Both the position numbers and the translations under genes were made by a program. Below, in pieces: positions 63,463-64,000 of a DNA stretch of 64,000 nucleotides. The stretch comes from a virus (taxonomy: Duplodnaviria > Heunggongvirae > Uroviricota > Caudoviricetes), in the IMG/VR virus record IMGVR_UViG_3300034082_002445, positions 10,140 to 74,139 of that record, one strand, 5' to 3'. The notes under the pieces were generated by a model. The model was not told the origin of the DNA and did no database searches. It worked only from the letters and a program-made list of their open reading frames with translations. Numbering within the stretch: position 1 is the first letter of the stretch; each line of letters begins with the position of its first letter.

Positions 63463-63768
63463 CGGGTACCCAGAATTAACAAGACTAGATAGAGATCTAC
63501 AAAGACCAAACTAGTCAGATAAACCAGATAGGTAATCTTAAAGCCTTCTAGATCCTAAACTCCTCACAAATCATTACTTAGAAGTCTTAAAGCCTAAACA
63601 AGGCCAATTGGCGCTCCAACGCGCCCGCCCGCGGGGGATATATAAGGGCTTTGTGCATAAAAGGCAACCACTCGTCTGGGGTACCTTAAACCGCACCGCG
63701 AACTGACTCACACCCCATCAGGTCCTCCAGGCCCTCTGCTTCTCGACCACCCGCCGGGCCAAAACGCG

Positions 63769-63800
63769 AAAAAGCCTCAGGGGCTCAATCCTGAGGCTTT
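63769..63800. terminator. GC-rich hairpin (gcctcagg/cctgaggc) flanked by A- and T-runs; possible bidirectional terminator between convergent genes
   Basis: aaaaagcctcaggggctcaatcctgaggcttt. Confidence 0.5.
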
Positions 63801-63849
63801 AAACCCATGGCAGCTCAATTCCACGGGGTACTTATAATTAAAACAGCTT

Positions 63850-64000
63850 TTTATTCAGCTACAGGCTCCTCAACCTCGGTGGTCATCTTACCAAAGATCT
63901 TGTCAAAGGCATTTTCCTCGTGCTCTAGTCTGGCGTTCTCAGAAGCTAGTTGCTCATCGGCCCATAATTCTCTTGAGTATCTGGCCTCGTCAAAACTAAC
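63850..64000 (-). CDS. 3' end of a minus-strand gene in GC-rich sequence (partial; runs off the window)
   Basis: Reverse-strand frame open from the window edge to the stop at 63850-63852; C-terminus ...ELWADEQLASENARLEHEENAFDKIFGKMTTEVEEPVAE. Confidence 0.45.

Overview
This window has about 33% GC and is almost entirely + strand and densely coded. It looks like part of a large virulent, T4-like phage of an AT-rich (possibly Bacteroidetes-type) host.

Positions 400-5250 are a tRNA array of at least 22 canonical tRNAs plus several tRNA-like elements, with two further tRNAs at 10.5 kb and 11.5 kb. The array is followed by a GIY-YIG homing endonuclease.

Protein genes I can recognise from motifs:
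- An SDR sugar epimerase.
- A PAP2 phosphatase.
- An M42 peptidase.
- An EndoG-like secreted nuclease.
- A hotdog thioesterase.
- A PD-(D/E)XK nuclease.
- An amidase endolysin and a glucosaminidase.
- A CCA-adding enzyme.
- Three KxDG ligases: a T4 Rnl1-like RNA ligase, an RNA ligase with an OB tRNA-binding domain, and an ATP DNA ligase.
- A polynucleotide kinase encoded as separate metallophosphoesterase and P-loop kinase genes.
- A HAD phosphatase and a DEDDh exonuclease.
- A TROVE/vWA Ro60-like protein.
- An SPFH protein.
- Three related ConA-like (LamG-like) / tail-fibre-like structural proteins and one collagen-like repeat protein.
- A GT2 glycosyltransferase.

The most striking feature is a family of at least 17 paralogous genes whose products share the N-terminus MK(H/N)(I/V)KL(F/Y)E(E/D/Q)F(L/V)NEA. 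This closely resembles the T4 internal-protein capsid-targeting sequence (MKTYQEFIAEA) and its prohead-protease L-x-E cleavage site. The rest of each protein is divergent, with 2H-phosphoesterase, ParB-like, HExxH, P-loop kinase and histone-like bodies. I read this as an expanded arsenal of capsid-packaged injected proteins.

Thirteen intergenic cassettes repeat the pattern stop codon, TTGTTCGTAACTT, terminator hairpin, then TGTCAAA-N9-TATATTTAC-N2-TATAATTAAAAG. They resemble T4 PeSL elements in a hyperplastic region.

The last ~540 bp switch abruptly to about 55% GC and contain the 3' end of a minus-strand gene.
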